DNA from: Bacteroidota bacterium
GTDB taxonomy: Bacteria > Bacteroidota > Bacteroidia > Flavobacteriales_C > GCA-002722245
Reading direction: 5' to 3'
NCBI GenBank assembly: GCA_026390935.1
Contig: JAPLEZ010000152.1
Coordinates: 1,293-65,292 of the forward strand
Length of the DNA stretch: 64,000 bases
Made by a program: the position numbers and the translations under genes. Of the stretch, positions 1-9,300 are shown piece by piece; position 1 is the stretch's first letter, and the number at the start of each line of letters is the position of its first letter. Under the pieces are notes generated by a model. It was not told the origin of the DNA. It searched no databases and worked only from the letters and a program-made list of their open reading frames with translations.

Positions 1-2661
1 AATTTCCTTGGGAATTCTGCCCATCATCTCTTTGGTAACCGTTCCGTTAGCCACTACAGTTGCAGAATCTACTTTAATTCTCACTTTATTGGTAGTGATG
101 AATTCAATAGGTTTTGTTGCCCCAAAAATGTTAGGGAACTTAAGCACTTTCACGCTATCGTCGGCCGACAAAATTTTCATTATTTGGTCAATGTCTTCGC
201 CGTCTTTCCACATTTGTTTCCATTTAGCCATTAAAGGTTCAGGAGTGAATGAAGCTAAGTGACCGCTCATGTTTTCGTTGGTTGGATCAATGACTAAAAC
301 AACATTTCGATTTCTTTCACGGTAAGCATCTTCTGTCAATGAAAAAGGAACAGGATCACTGTCGTAAGCTTTTCTTTTCATTTGGTTGATGAACCAATCG
401 GTGTTGAGGAGACTCAAGTTCACCACGCGCACATCGGTACGGAAACCTTCCACTTCCTGCACATACCACAATGGGAAAGTATCGTTATCACCATTGGTGA
501 AAAGTATGGCGTTAGGGGCGCATGATTCCAAATAGCATTTTGCAATGTCGCGTGCACTTGTTCTGCCAGAACGATCATGATCATCCCAGTTTTTTGCAGC
601 CAGCATATAAGGAATACCAATAGTAGCAATCAGCGCAAGGAAGGCTTTTCCTTTTTCGTTTTCAATCATTTGTCCGAGGTAGTGACATAATATTGGAACA
701 ACAGCCATTGCAGCACCCACAAACATGAGTGAATAGCCAACGCCTTTGTATTCTTTGAGGTAGGCAACAAGGCCCAAACCAATCAATGCAGCGCCTGTAT
801 ACACCACTTCCTTCGCGCCAATTTGTTCCAGTTTTTGAATCAAACTTAATCCAGCTTGTTTTTTAAAGCTGCTCATAAAAAATATGAGCGCCTGCACTCC
901 TAAACCTATCCATATCGCAAAAGTATAGAAGGAGCCCACGTAGGCGTAATCCCTTTCTCTAGGCTGATAAGGAGGTTGATTTAAGTAAATGATGATGCCA
1001 ATTCCCGTCATGAAAAAGAGGAGCAATACCACAAATCCATCTTTTACACTTTTGGTGAAATGGAAGATGAGTCCGATGAGTCCTAGGATTAACGGCAGGA
1101 AGTAATAGTAATTTCTTCCTTTGTTTTCTTTGAGAATCGCAGGTTGTACTTTTTCATCACCGATGCGTTCTTTGTCGATCATTTCAAAACCACTGATCCA
1201 GTTTCCGTACATCACTTCCTGCAAATCGCTGGCTTGTAAATCATTTTGTCGACCTGCGAAATTCCACATGAAATATCTCCAATACATGAAGTTGAACTGG
1301 TATCTAGCAAAAAATTCCATGTCGTCAAAGTGAGTAGGGATGTAAATAACACCACCTTCTCCTTCACCCAGCGTTACTTTTTTTCCACGTTTTCCGCCTT
1401 TAAAACCTAACCAGTTTTCATAGGCATTGCGATGCCTGTCTTCACTGCTGTACATCCTTGGCAACACTTTCATTGTTTTAGGATTGTAGTTGTAGGTTTT
1501 GTCTTTACCATCATCACTTACCAGATATTTGGTAGTGGTTTTGTCGTCTCTTTTGTAGTAGGTAGGATCTTCATCAAGGTAACGTTGCTCACGATCTGCT
1601 ACAGAGTTAAATGTTTGTCCGTAAAGCAAAGGACGATCACCGTACTGTTCACGATTGAGGTATGGAAGTAAACTGAAAGCATTTTCAGGATTGTTTTCAT
1701 CCATTGGCGTGTTGGCGTTAGAACGAATTACAATCACTAAAAAAGTAGAATAACCAATGAGGATTACTGCAAAACTCATCACCAAAGTGTGCATCAAATA
1801 ATATTTTTTCTTGCGTGCATAAAGCACTCCTGCTACAATTGCTCCAATGATTAAAAGCGCAAAGAATATAACTCCAGAGTTGTATGGAAGTCCGAATGAG
1901 TTGACGAATTTCAATTCGAAGAAAGTTCCTATTTTAACCAAACTCTGAATCACGCCGTACTGCACCAATCCTAAAATCAACACACCAATCGCACCTGCTT
2001 TCACAAAGCCCATAGGAGTGATGACTTTGTTTTTTCTGAAATAGTAAACATAAACCAATGCCGGAATGGTCAATAAGTTCAATAAATGGACACCTATGGA
2101 AAGACCCATCAGGTATGCGATAAGGACCAAATATCGATCAGCATATTTTTCATCAGCAATGGCATCCCATTTTAAAATAAGCCAGAAGACGATGGCGGTA
2201 AAAAACATGGACGATGCGTAAACTTCACCTTCCACAGCTGAGAACCAAATGGTATCGGTAAAAGTATAGGCAACAGCGCCAATAAAGCCGCTGGCAATGA
2301 TTCCAATCATTTTAGCTGAAGTCAGTTCCCCACTTTGCAAAGCCACTTTTTTAGCCAATGCAGTGATGGTCCAGAAGAGAAAAAGAATAGCAAAAGCAGT
2401 ACACAAGGCAGAAAAAATATTGACCCAGTAAGCCACCATCATCACATCATCACCGGCCAACAGGGCAAAAGCACGGGCAACCATCATCCAAAGTGGCGCT
2501 CCCGGAGGGTGACCCACTTCTAGTTTAAAGGCACTGGCGATAAACTCACCACAGTCCCAAAAACTTGCAGTATCCTCCACTGTTGAACAGTAGGTAAATG
2601 CTGCGATTGCGAAGACCAGCCATCCGAACAGGTTATTGTATTTTTTATAAATATTTTCCAT
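1..2661 (-). CDS. DUF2723 / TMEM260-like membrane glycosyltransferase (partial, 3' end beyond the window start)
   Basis: Missing from the ORF track because it runs off the edge. Manual translation from ATG 2661 gives MENIYKKYNNLFGW...ASFWDCGEFIASAFKLEVGHPPGAP, then EGEVYA and RERDYAYVGSFY, which are typical DUF2723 motifs. Confidence 0.88.
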   Translation of the reverse strand, partial: MENIYKKYNNLFGWLVFAIAAFTYCSTVEDTASFWDCGEFIASAFKLEVGHPPGAPLWMMVARAFALLAGDDVMMVAYWVNIFSALCTAFAILFLFWTITALAKKVALQSGELTSAKMIGIIASGFIGAVAYTFTDTIWFSAVEGEVYASSMFFTAIVFWLILKWDAIADEKYADRYLVLIAYLMGLSIGVHLLNLLTIPALVYVYYFRKNKVITPMGFVKAGAIGVLILGLVQYGVIQSLVKIGTFFELKFVNSFGLPYNSGVIFFALLIIGAIVAGVLYARKKKYYLMHTLVMSFAVILIGYSTFLVIVIRSNANTPMDENNPENAFSLLPYLNREQYGDRPLLYGQTFNSVADREQRYLDEDPTYYKRDDKTTTKYLVSDDGKDKTYNYNPKTMKVLPRMYSSEDRHRNAYENWLGFKGGKRGKKVTLGEGEGGVIYIPTHFDDMEFFARYQFNFMYWRYFMWNFAGRQNDLQASDLQEVMYGNWISGFEMIDKERIGDEKVQPAILKENKGRNYYYFLPLILGLIGLIFHFTKSVKDGFVVLLLFFMTGIGIIIYLNQPPYQPRERDYAYVGSFYTFAIWIGLGVQALIFFMSSFKKQAGLSLIQKLEQIGAKEVVYTGAALIGLGLVAYLKEYKGVGYSLMFVGAAMAVVPILCHYLGQMIENEKGKAFLALIATIGIPYMLAAKNWDDHDRSGRTSARDIAKCYLESCAPNAILFTNGDNDTFPLWYVQEVEGFRTDVRVVNLSLLNTDWFINQMKRKAYDSDPVPFSLTEDAYRERNRNVVLVIDPTNENMSGHLASFTPEPLMAKWKQMWKDGEDIDQIMKILSADDSVKVLKFPNIFGATKPIEFITTNKVRIKVDSATVVANGTVTKEMMGRIPKEI

Positions 2662-2826
2662 TGTTTTCTGTGCTAAAAAATTTTACTTTTTTTCTCATCG
2701 CGAATTTAGCAAAATAATAGGCTTATAAAAATTTGAAAACAGAGTAAACGTTAAATTAGCAAAGAGTTGGATTCTAATCTTTTCAGAGAAAATTAGATTA
2801 AAATTTGCGGATGTAGACAAAAACCC

Positions 2827-2834
2827 TAAATTTG
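2827..2834 (+). promoter_or_regulatory. Bacteroidota sigma70 -7 element (TAAATTTG) for tRNA-Gln
   Basis: Matches the TAnnTTTG consensus 20 nt upstream of the tRNA. Confidence 0.6.
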
Positions 2835-2854
2835 CCCTTCGTTTTTTGAGTTAT

Positions 2855-2925
2855 AGACCCATGGTGTAATGGTAGCACTGCACATTTTGGTTGTGTATGT
2901 CTAGGTTCGAGTCCTGGTGGGTTTA
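2855..2925 (+). tRNA. tRNA-Gln (anticodon TTG)
   Basis: Acceptor stem AGACCCA/TGGGTTT, D arm TGGTGTAATGGTAGCAC, anticodon stem GCACA-TT TTG GT-TGTGT, T arm CTAGG-TTCGAGT-CCTGG. CCA is not encoded. Confidence 0.93.
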
Positions 2926-2926
2926 C

Positions 2927-2960
2927 AAAATAGGCGGTACAGAAATGTACCGCCTTTTTG
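2927..2960. terminator. Bidirectional intrinsic terminator
   Basis: AGGCGGTAC-agaaat-GTACCGCCT, flanked by an A run and a T run, between the convergent tRNA and glutamate synthase-like gene. Confidence 0.8.
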
Positions 2961-2983
2961 TTTTTTTACCATTGAACAAGGCT

Positions 2984-4543
2984 TTACACGCCCTTCAGAT
3001 ACGCTTCCATATTTTCTTTCTTCAATAAACTTCCTTCTTCAATGTATGGAAATATGTCGCTGTATTTCATTGCTTTGGTTTGACTGATCCGTCGATTGAT
3101 GTGTTCTCTACGGATGTTTTCTGGATCTTGAATACCAGCTGCTGCCGTCAACTCAACAAAACTTTTTAGTGTTGCTTCATGGAAATTCGCTACACGTTCG
3201 GATTTATCAGGAACGTCTAATCCCTTTATGAGTTTTTTGTCTTGAGTGGCAACTCCCACCGGACAGGTATTGGTGTTACATTGCAAAGCTTGTATGCAAC
3301 CCAAGGCCATCATCATGCCTCTCGCGCTATTTACTAAATCGGCTCCCAAAGCCAAAGCTCTCACAATATCAAAACCGGTAATTACTTTTCCGGAAGCGAT
3401 GATCTTTATGTCTTTTTTTAAATTGAGTCCTACTAAAACATTGTACACAAAAGCGAGTCCATCTCTAAGGGGCATTCCCATGGAATTAGAAAACTCCATT
3501 GGTGCCGCTCCAGTTCCTCCTTCACCACCATCAACAGTAATGAAATCGGGTTTTATTCCGCTTTCAATCATGGCTTCGCAAATGTCGGTGAATTCTTTTT
3601 TCTTGCCTACACATAACTTAAATCAAACTGGTTTTCCACCAGATAATCCTCGTAATTTTTTGATGAATAGAAGAAATTCTTTCGGATTACTAAATGCGCT
3701 GTGATTGGGTGGAGAATGCACATCTTTAAAAGGTTCAATACCTCTGATTTTTGCAATTTCGGGAGTGTTTTTTGCAGCTGGCAATAAGCCTCCGTGCCCT
3801 GGCTTAGCACCTTGCGAAATTTTTATTTCAATCATTTTTACGTTGGGAAGTGTTGCTCTTTTCTGAAATTCCTCATCATTGAAATTCCCTTCTTTGTCGC
3901 GAGCACCAAAATATCCTGTACCAATTTGCCATATTACGTCACCTCCCAGTAAATGATAATCGCTCAATCCACCTTCGCCAGTGTTGTGTGCGAATTTATT
4001 TTTTTTGGCGCCGAGGTTCAATGCGCTCACTGCTGCATGACTTAAAGCTCCGTAACTCATGGCCGATACGTTTAGCAAACTCGCAAAATAGGGAGTGGTG
4101 CAATCGGGTCCGCCAATCAAAACTCGGGGTTGTTTTTGGTAATATTTGGAAGGACTGGCGTAAATGGAATGATCCATCCATTCATAGCCCGAAGAATACA
4201 CATTCATTTGTGTACCGAAAGGAGTAGAGTCGTTGGCTTTTTTTGCACGGCGGTAAACAATGCTTCTTTGCAAACGGTTGAAGGGTTTTCCTTCGGTATC
4301 GGTTTCAACGAAATACTGCATCATTTCCTGTCGGATGGCTTCGAGCAAATAGCGGAAATTTCCAATGACAGGGAAGTTTCTTTTGATGGTGTGTTTTTTT
4401 TGGATCATGTCCCGAACACCAATCAGAATTATTGGAGCAACAATTAACATTGCGTACCAAGCATCTGGCCAATAGCAACCTGCTGCAATGACTGCTGCCG
4501 TAGTGACTATTGAGCTTACAATGAAAATGGATCGTGCGTTCAT
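2984..4543 (-). pseudogene. FMN-binding glutamate synthase family protein interrupted by one in-frame TGA (3623-3625)
   Basis: ORFs 3623-4543 and 2984-3571 are in the same frame. The junction reads GGKPV*FKLCVG, where the family has GGKPVGFKLC. Motifs SAMSYGALS, NTGEGG, KISQGAKPG, DGGEGGTGAAP and CNTNTCPVGVATQ are intact. Confidence 0.8.
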
Positions 4544-4666
4544 ATATGGAGTTTTATGCTGTTCTTACTAAACTATGATATCAATTTTAAAGTTGATACG
4601 ACGATAGTTGTTAAACGTTTAATTTAAGCGAAATAAATATGAGAATTTAACTGTTGATAAAGAAAA

Positions 4667-6295
4667 CTAGAGAGGATTTCTCTTTTTAAATCTTAAAATA
4701 ATTGCAGCCAATAGCAGTACTGCAGCACCAATAAAAGCAATGCTTCCAAGTACTTTTGGGAAACGTGTAAAGATTGTGAGTTTGTCGTTGGCGTTAATAG
4801 TTTGTGCTAATGCATCGGGCACCCAAAATTCGCTGGCAGCAATAATATCTCCGCGCTGATTGATAAAGCCTGATGTGCCAGTGTTAGCTGAACGAGCAAT
4901 GCTTCTTCGATTTTCAATTGCACGCAGGCGGGCAAAAGCAAAATGTTGCTGATAGCCTGGTGAAGTGCCCCACCAGCCGTCGTTGGTCATGATGAACAAC
5001 AGTTGAGCGCCATTTTGAACATACTCGGCAACGTAATCGCTGTAAATGGATTCGTAGCAAATAATGGGAGCAATTGCCATTGAGGAGTCGGGCGCAGTGA
5101 AAACACTGCGTCGGCGCTGAACACCAAGCGATCCTGTTGTGCCACCATAATCCAGAATTAAATTATTTAAGGGTTTAAGCAAGTTGGCAAAAGGCATTTT
5201 TTCAACGCCAATCACCAGCAACGACTTGTGATAAATTTGAAAATTAAAAGTTGTATCAATTTGCACCGCTGTGTTGTATGATTCATACCATCCTTTGTCA
5301 TCTTTTCTGAAAGAACCCGGAACATCCTGTACGTTTTCTGGAAAAACTTCGGCATAGGAGGAAATACCACTAACGATTTTAATTTTCGGATTTTGATTGA
5401 AAATGCCACTTGATAGTCTTTCGATGTTTGCCGATTCAGAAAACTGTTCTTCCCATTCGCCTCCAGGCATAGCGGTTTCGGGCAGAATAACGTATTGAGT
5501 GGAATCGGTAATTTTTGCTTTTGCTAGTCCGAGCATTTTATCAATTTGCTGCCGCTCGCTCATGCTTCCAAATTTTTCATTGTAGGGATCAATGTTCGGT
5601 TGAACAACCAGCACATTCACTGGTTTTATTTCTTCAGTATAAGAAAGGTACAGTGCAATGGAAAGCACCATTGGTGCCAGTATGTAAAAGTCGGTGCGAA
5701 TGAAAATGCGAAAAGCATCAGGGGTCACCTTCTTGTTTTCGCGCCAAATGATTACTCCTTGAAGCAACATCCAGTTAATAACTAAAACCCATAAACTTCC
5801 TCCCAAAGTACCTGTGTATTCATACCATTGAACGAGGTAAGGCATGTTGGCAAAAGCATTTCCGAGTACCAACCACGGCCACGACAATTCCCAATCCTGA
5901 AAATGCAGGTATTCCAAAGCCATCCAAAATAACACGAAACAAAATGGCCAAAGGGATTTGTTGAGCGTTTTTTTTGATAGATGAAAAACCAAAAACATGA
6001 GAGCGTAAAGCAAACTGTTGGCGAGTATTTCAAAGGCAGCACCTACAAATGCAGCATTGTATATCCACCAGCAGGAAAGCAAATTCCAGGTAAAAAATGC
6101 AAGATAGGAGAGTAAAAAAACCTTGCGTCCTGTTTTACCTTTCAATCCCTGTTCTTTTACAATTTTATGTTCCAAATAAAGCAGCGGGATAATACCTACA
6201 AAAACACTTAATGTAAAGTTGTAGGGAGGAAAACTCATGGCTAGAAGCACTCCAGAAAGAAGAGCCAAAGCCGGAAGTTTTAGTTTGTTTTTCAT
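4667..6295 (-). CDS. lnt: Apolipoprotein N-acyltransferase
   Basis: N-terminal TM helices; LVVQPNID, ILPETA, YHKSLLV, ICYES, TNDGWW, RAIENRRSIARSANTGTS (nitrilase-fold E-K-C triad). Confidence 0.95.
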   Translation of the reverse strand: MKNKLKLPALALLSGVLLAMSFPPYNFTLSVFVGIIPLLYLEHKIVKEQGLKGKTGRKVFLLSYLAFFTWNLLSCWWIYNAAFVGAAFEILANSLLYALMFLVFHLSKKTLNKSLWPFCFVLFWMALEYLHFQDWELSWPWLVLGNAFANMPYLVQWYEYTGTLGGSLWVLVINWMLLQGVIIWRENKKVTPDAFRIFIRTDFYILAPMVLSIALYLSYTEEIKPVNVLVVQPNIDPYNEKFGSMSERQQIDKMLGLAKAKITDSTQYVILPETAMPGGEWEEQFSESANIERLSSGIFNQNPKIKIVSGISSYAEVFPENVQDVPGSFRKDDKGWYESYNTAVQIDTTFNFQIYHKSLLVIGVEKMPFANLLKPLNNLILDYGGTTGSLGVQRRRSVFTAPDSSMAIAPIICYESIYSDYVAEYVQNGAQLLFIMTNDGWWGTSPGYQQHFAFARLRAIENRRSIARSANTGTSGFINQRGDIIAASEFWVPDALAQTINANDKLTIFTRFPKVLGSIAFIGAAVLLLAAIILRFKKRNPL

Positions 6296-6338
6296 GAAGG
6301 CAAAAGTAGGTTTTTAGAATTGGTTTTCCCCTTTCGGA

Positions 6339-9300
6339 TCAACGCATGATGTAAATTTTTCCAAAACCTTTTTTGAAGTATTTATCTTCCAGGTTTGTAG
6401 TTCCCTGATTGGTACTCAGACTCACTTCACGATTGTCGATTTCTTGTCCGTTAACTTTTGCAACAACGCTATACAAATAAACACCGTTGGCCAAAACATC
6501 GCCAAATTCATCGGTTCCATTCCATTTGTACTGAGTTATATTTCTTCCAATGTTGATTGGTCCGAGTTCATCCATTGTAATTTCTTTCACCACTTTACCA
6601 GTGATGGTCATGATTTTAATTCTGAATTCGTCGGGCAGCTCTGAACCTGTTAAAGTAAAAACAAACTGAGTGCTGGTGGTGAAAGGATTAGGCCAGTTCA
6701 AAATATTGGTGATGCTTGATTTAAGTACAATTTCAAATTCAATTCGATAATCGTAGTTGCCATCGCCTTTTCCTGATTTATTGGCTGAGCGGTCAATTGC
6801 ACGAATCATCAATTCATATTTCCCTTCAATTTTATAATCGCCTTTGATTTCAATTTTGCTTTTGTTTTCAGGCAATGAACCTGGATAGAAAGTATATTTT
6901 GAACTATCTAAAGTGGTGATATTTCCGTTTGGATCTTTGATGTAAATTTGAAATAACGAAGCATTATCCAATGCTAAAAACTGGTTTTCATCTTTCAGTT
7001 GAATGCTGATTAAAGCCGTTGGTGAAACAATGTCACCGTTAATGATGTGCACGCCATCAAAAGCAACATCTAGCAAAGGGTTGGTTTTATCTGGATATAC
7101 TGAAAAGTGTGTTTCTAAAATATTATTGAAATGGTATTGTTCGGCCTGCCATGGGCGCGGACCGGTGTAGGGATTGGCTTCGTACCACATATGGTTACTT
7201 CCATTCAGTTCCAAGGTGCTCAACACAACAGTATCCACATAAAAATTACCAGCCTTGATTGGAGGTAATAGTTTGTACTGTTTGGTAGAACTGGTTAAAG
7301 AAGCATCGGAAAACCAGTAGGTGATTTGCAAAGTATCGGCATCTGTTTCCGATACGTTGGTGAGTGCCAAGGTCATTCTGTAATCATTTCCTTCCTGCAC
7401 AGAGTCGCTTGGAATGGAGAAGACAATGTTCGGACTTACCGCGATTTCAGTCACTTCATCATACACCACCTGCATTCTTTTTAGCTGTCGGGGAGTATGC
7501 ATGGAATCATCAGAAAGATAACTTTCCAGTCGCATGTAAGGATATTTTGAAGCATCAACTAAGGTATCCAAAGAGAGAACATCGTCTTTTGGAGACACAT
7601 ATGATTTGATTACTGTTTCGTTGTTGTTGGCATCTATACCAATCACTTTCAAAATCAATGTGTCTTTCAGGTTGTTGATTTCATTGCTTTGCGATTCCCA
7701 ATGTAATGAACTCCATTTCATAGCTGGTCCGATGGCTGGTGATTTAATGCTACCGTTGACCCAGTTGTTGGTCATGGAGGAGTTGAGACCAATGGTGCCG
7801 CAGCCATCCGTGAATTTTTCTTTTGTATAAGAGAGATTACCTTTTTGGGCAATTAAAATGTACGGATATGGGCAACTTCCTACTGAACCAATATAGTTGT
7901 TCAAAGAATCAACACTTGCGCCAAGTGCTTGCAAAGTTGATTTAAATGTTGCGCCATTGGCTCCATGATTGTTGAAGTTTTCTTTAAATAATGGATAACG
8001 GAAATTGTACATTAAAATGTAATCACCAGGGTTTGCATCGTTGATCAATTTGGTGATACCTGTTACTGTACTATCATCCACTCTGTCTGAACGGTACCAA
8101 TATATTTTATCACTCCAGGTAGGAACTACATACGAGTTCTTATAGTTGATTTGATTGTAATATGGTTTTTTGTTTACTTCCCATGGCTCCAATGCATATT
8201 GGTCAATCACTGCCACCATTAGTAAGTTGCCACCAATCAAACTCCAGTAGCCTTGCAATGCACCATCTATCTTGTAGGTGGTTTGTGCTGTTAGCCAACT
8301 CGACGTTGAAGCTTCTAATTGACTGACGTGCTGCAGAAAGCTAAAGGATCTGGCGTTGTCATCGTGTTCTATAAATTTAAATTCATCGTCGTCAATTTGC
8401 TGGTAATGCGCTTGTCCCCAACCACTTTTTCCTTGCACATATTGGAAGCTGCTGTATTTCCAGTTGAACTTATGAGTATAAGTTGAATCCAGACTGACCC
8501 TCCAAAAGAAAACTGTTGGCGTGGCCAAAGTGGTGTTGGTGGAGAGTGAGTTGAAAACATTAGCTAGTCCTGGGTCATCTGATGGATCCCACGACACCAC
8601 TCCTCCGGACTTTGTGATGGCTGCTTCGTAAAAGAGCGGTGAAGAAGATGAAAAATTACTGTTGGTGTCAATCTGGAAAATGTATTTTCTCTCAGGCGCC
8701 AAAGGATTAATGGTACTTGCTTTGAGCACCAGTGATTTTTTAGGTACAATGGCATATTGGTAAGGATATACTGGAATGATGTCCCCTGACCTTATGTTGA
8801 TATCAAAATCGTATTGATTGTTGGTTTCATCTAGCTCAGAAATAGCATACTCACTGTCTACTAAAATTGAAAAGTGATTGGTTCCAACGCCATTAATTAA
8901 ATCTACTGGCAATGAAAATTGCAAAGACGTTTTGTATTTCACTCCGCCTATTTTTTTATAGTAGATAGTGTCAGGGGCATTTGTGTTTGGAAATTTTCTG
9001 ATGATGCGCACTGTCAAAGAATCTCCAATTGCTTTTCCAATATTGGCGATGTCCATATTGATAGTAAAGGAACTCAGTTCAGAAGTGACTTCTGTAGGAT
9101 TTACGCTTACCATCGGCTGGTTAATTCCATTTTGACCGTATAGCGTATAATCTGGTTTTGTATGCGAATTGATAACAATGGCTGGATCACAATGCAATGT
9201 CATCATCATACAAACATCCTCAATGTATGCATCGTCACTCAAAAGGATATTATCAGGTTTTTGCACATTGCGAATCGCTCCCTGCATAATTTTTCCTATT

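Noticed and set aside
8..2523. Short ORFs listed in the first 2.5 kb and similar antisense ORFs elsewhere
   Set aside because: They are shadows of longer well-supported genes, here the DUF2723 gene on the minus strand.
3623..3625. Genome-wide TGA=Gly recoding (code 25) or selenocysteine
   Set aside because: TGA ends other genes at their expected C-termini (C25 gene at 6339, proS at 28888, cynS at 53289), and the site aligns to Gly, not Cys.
2855..4543. Integrative element at tRNA-Gln
   Set aside because: No integrase and no duplicated tRNA 3' end; the tRNA is followed directly by a terminator.
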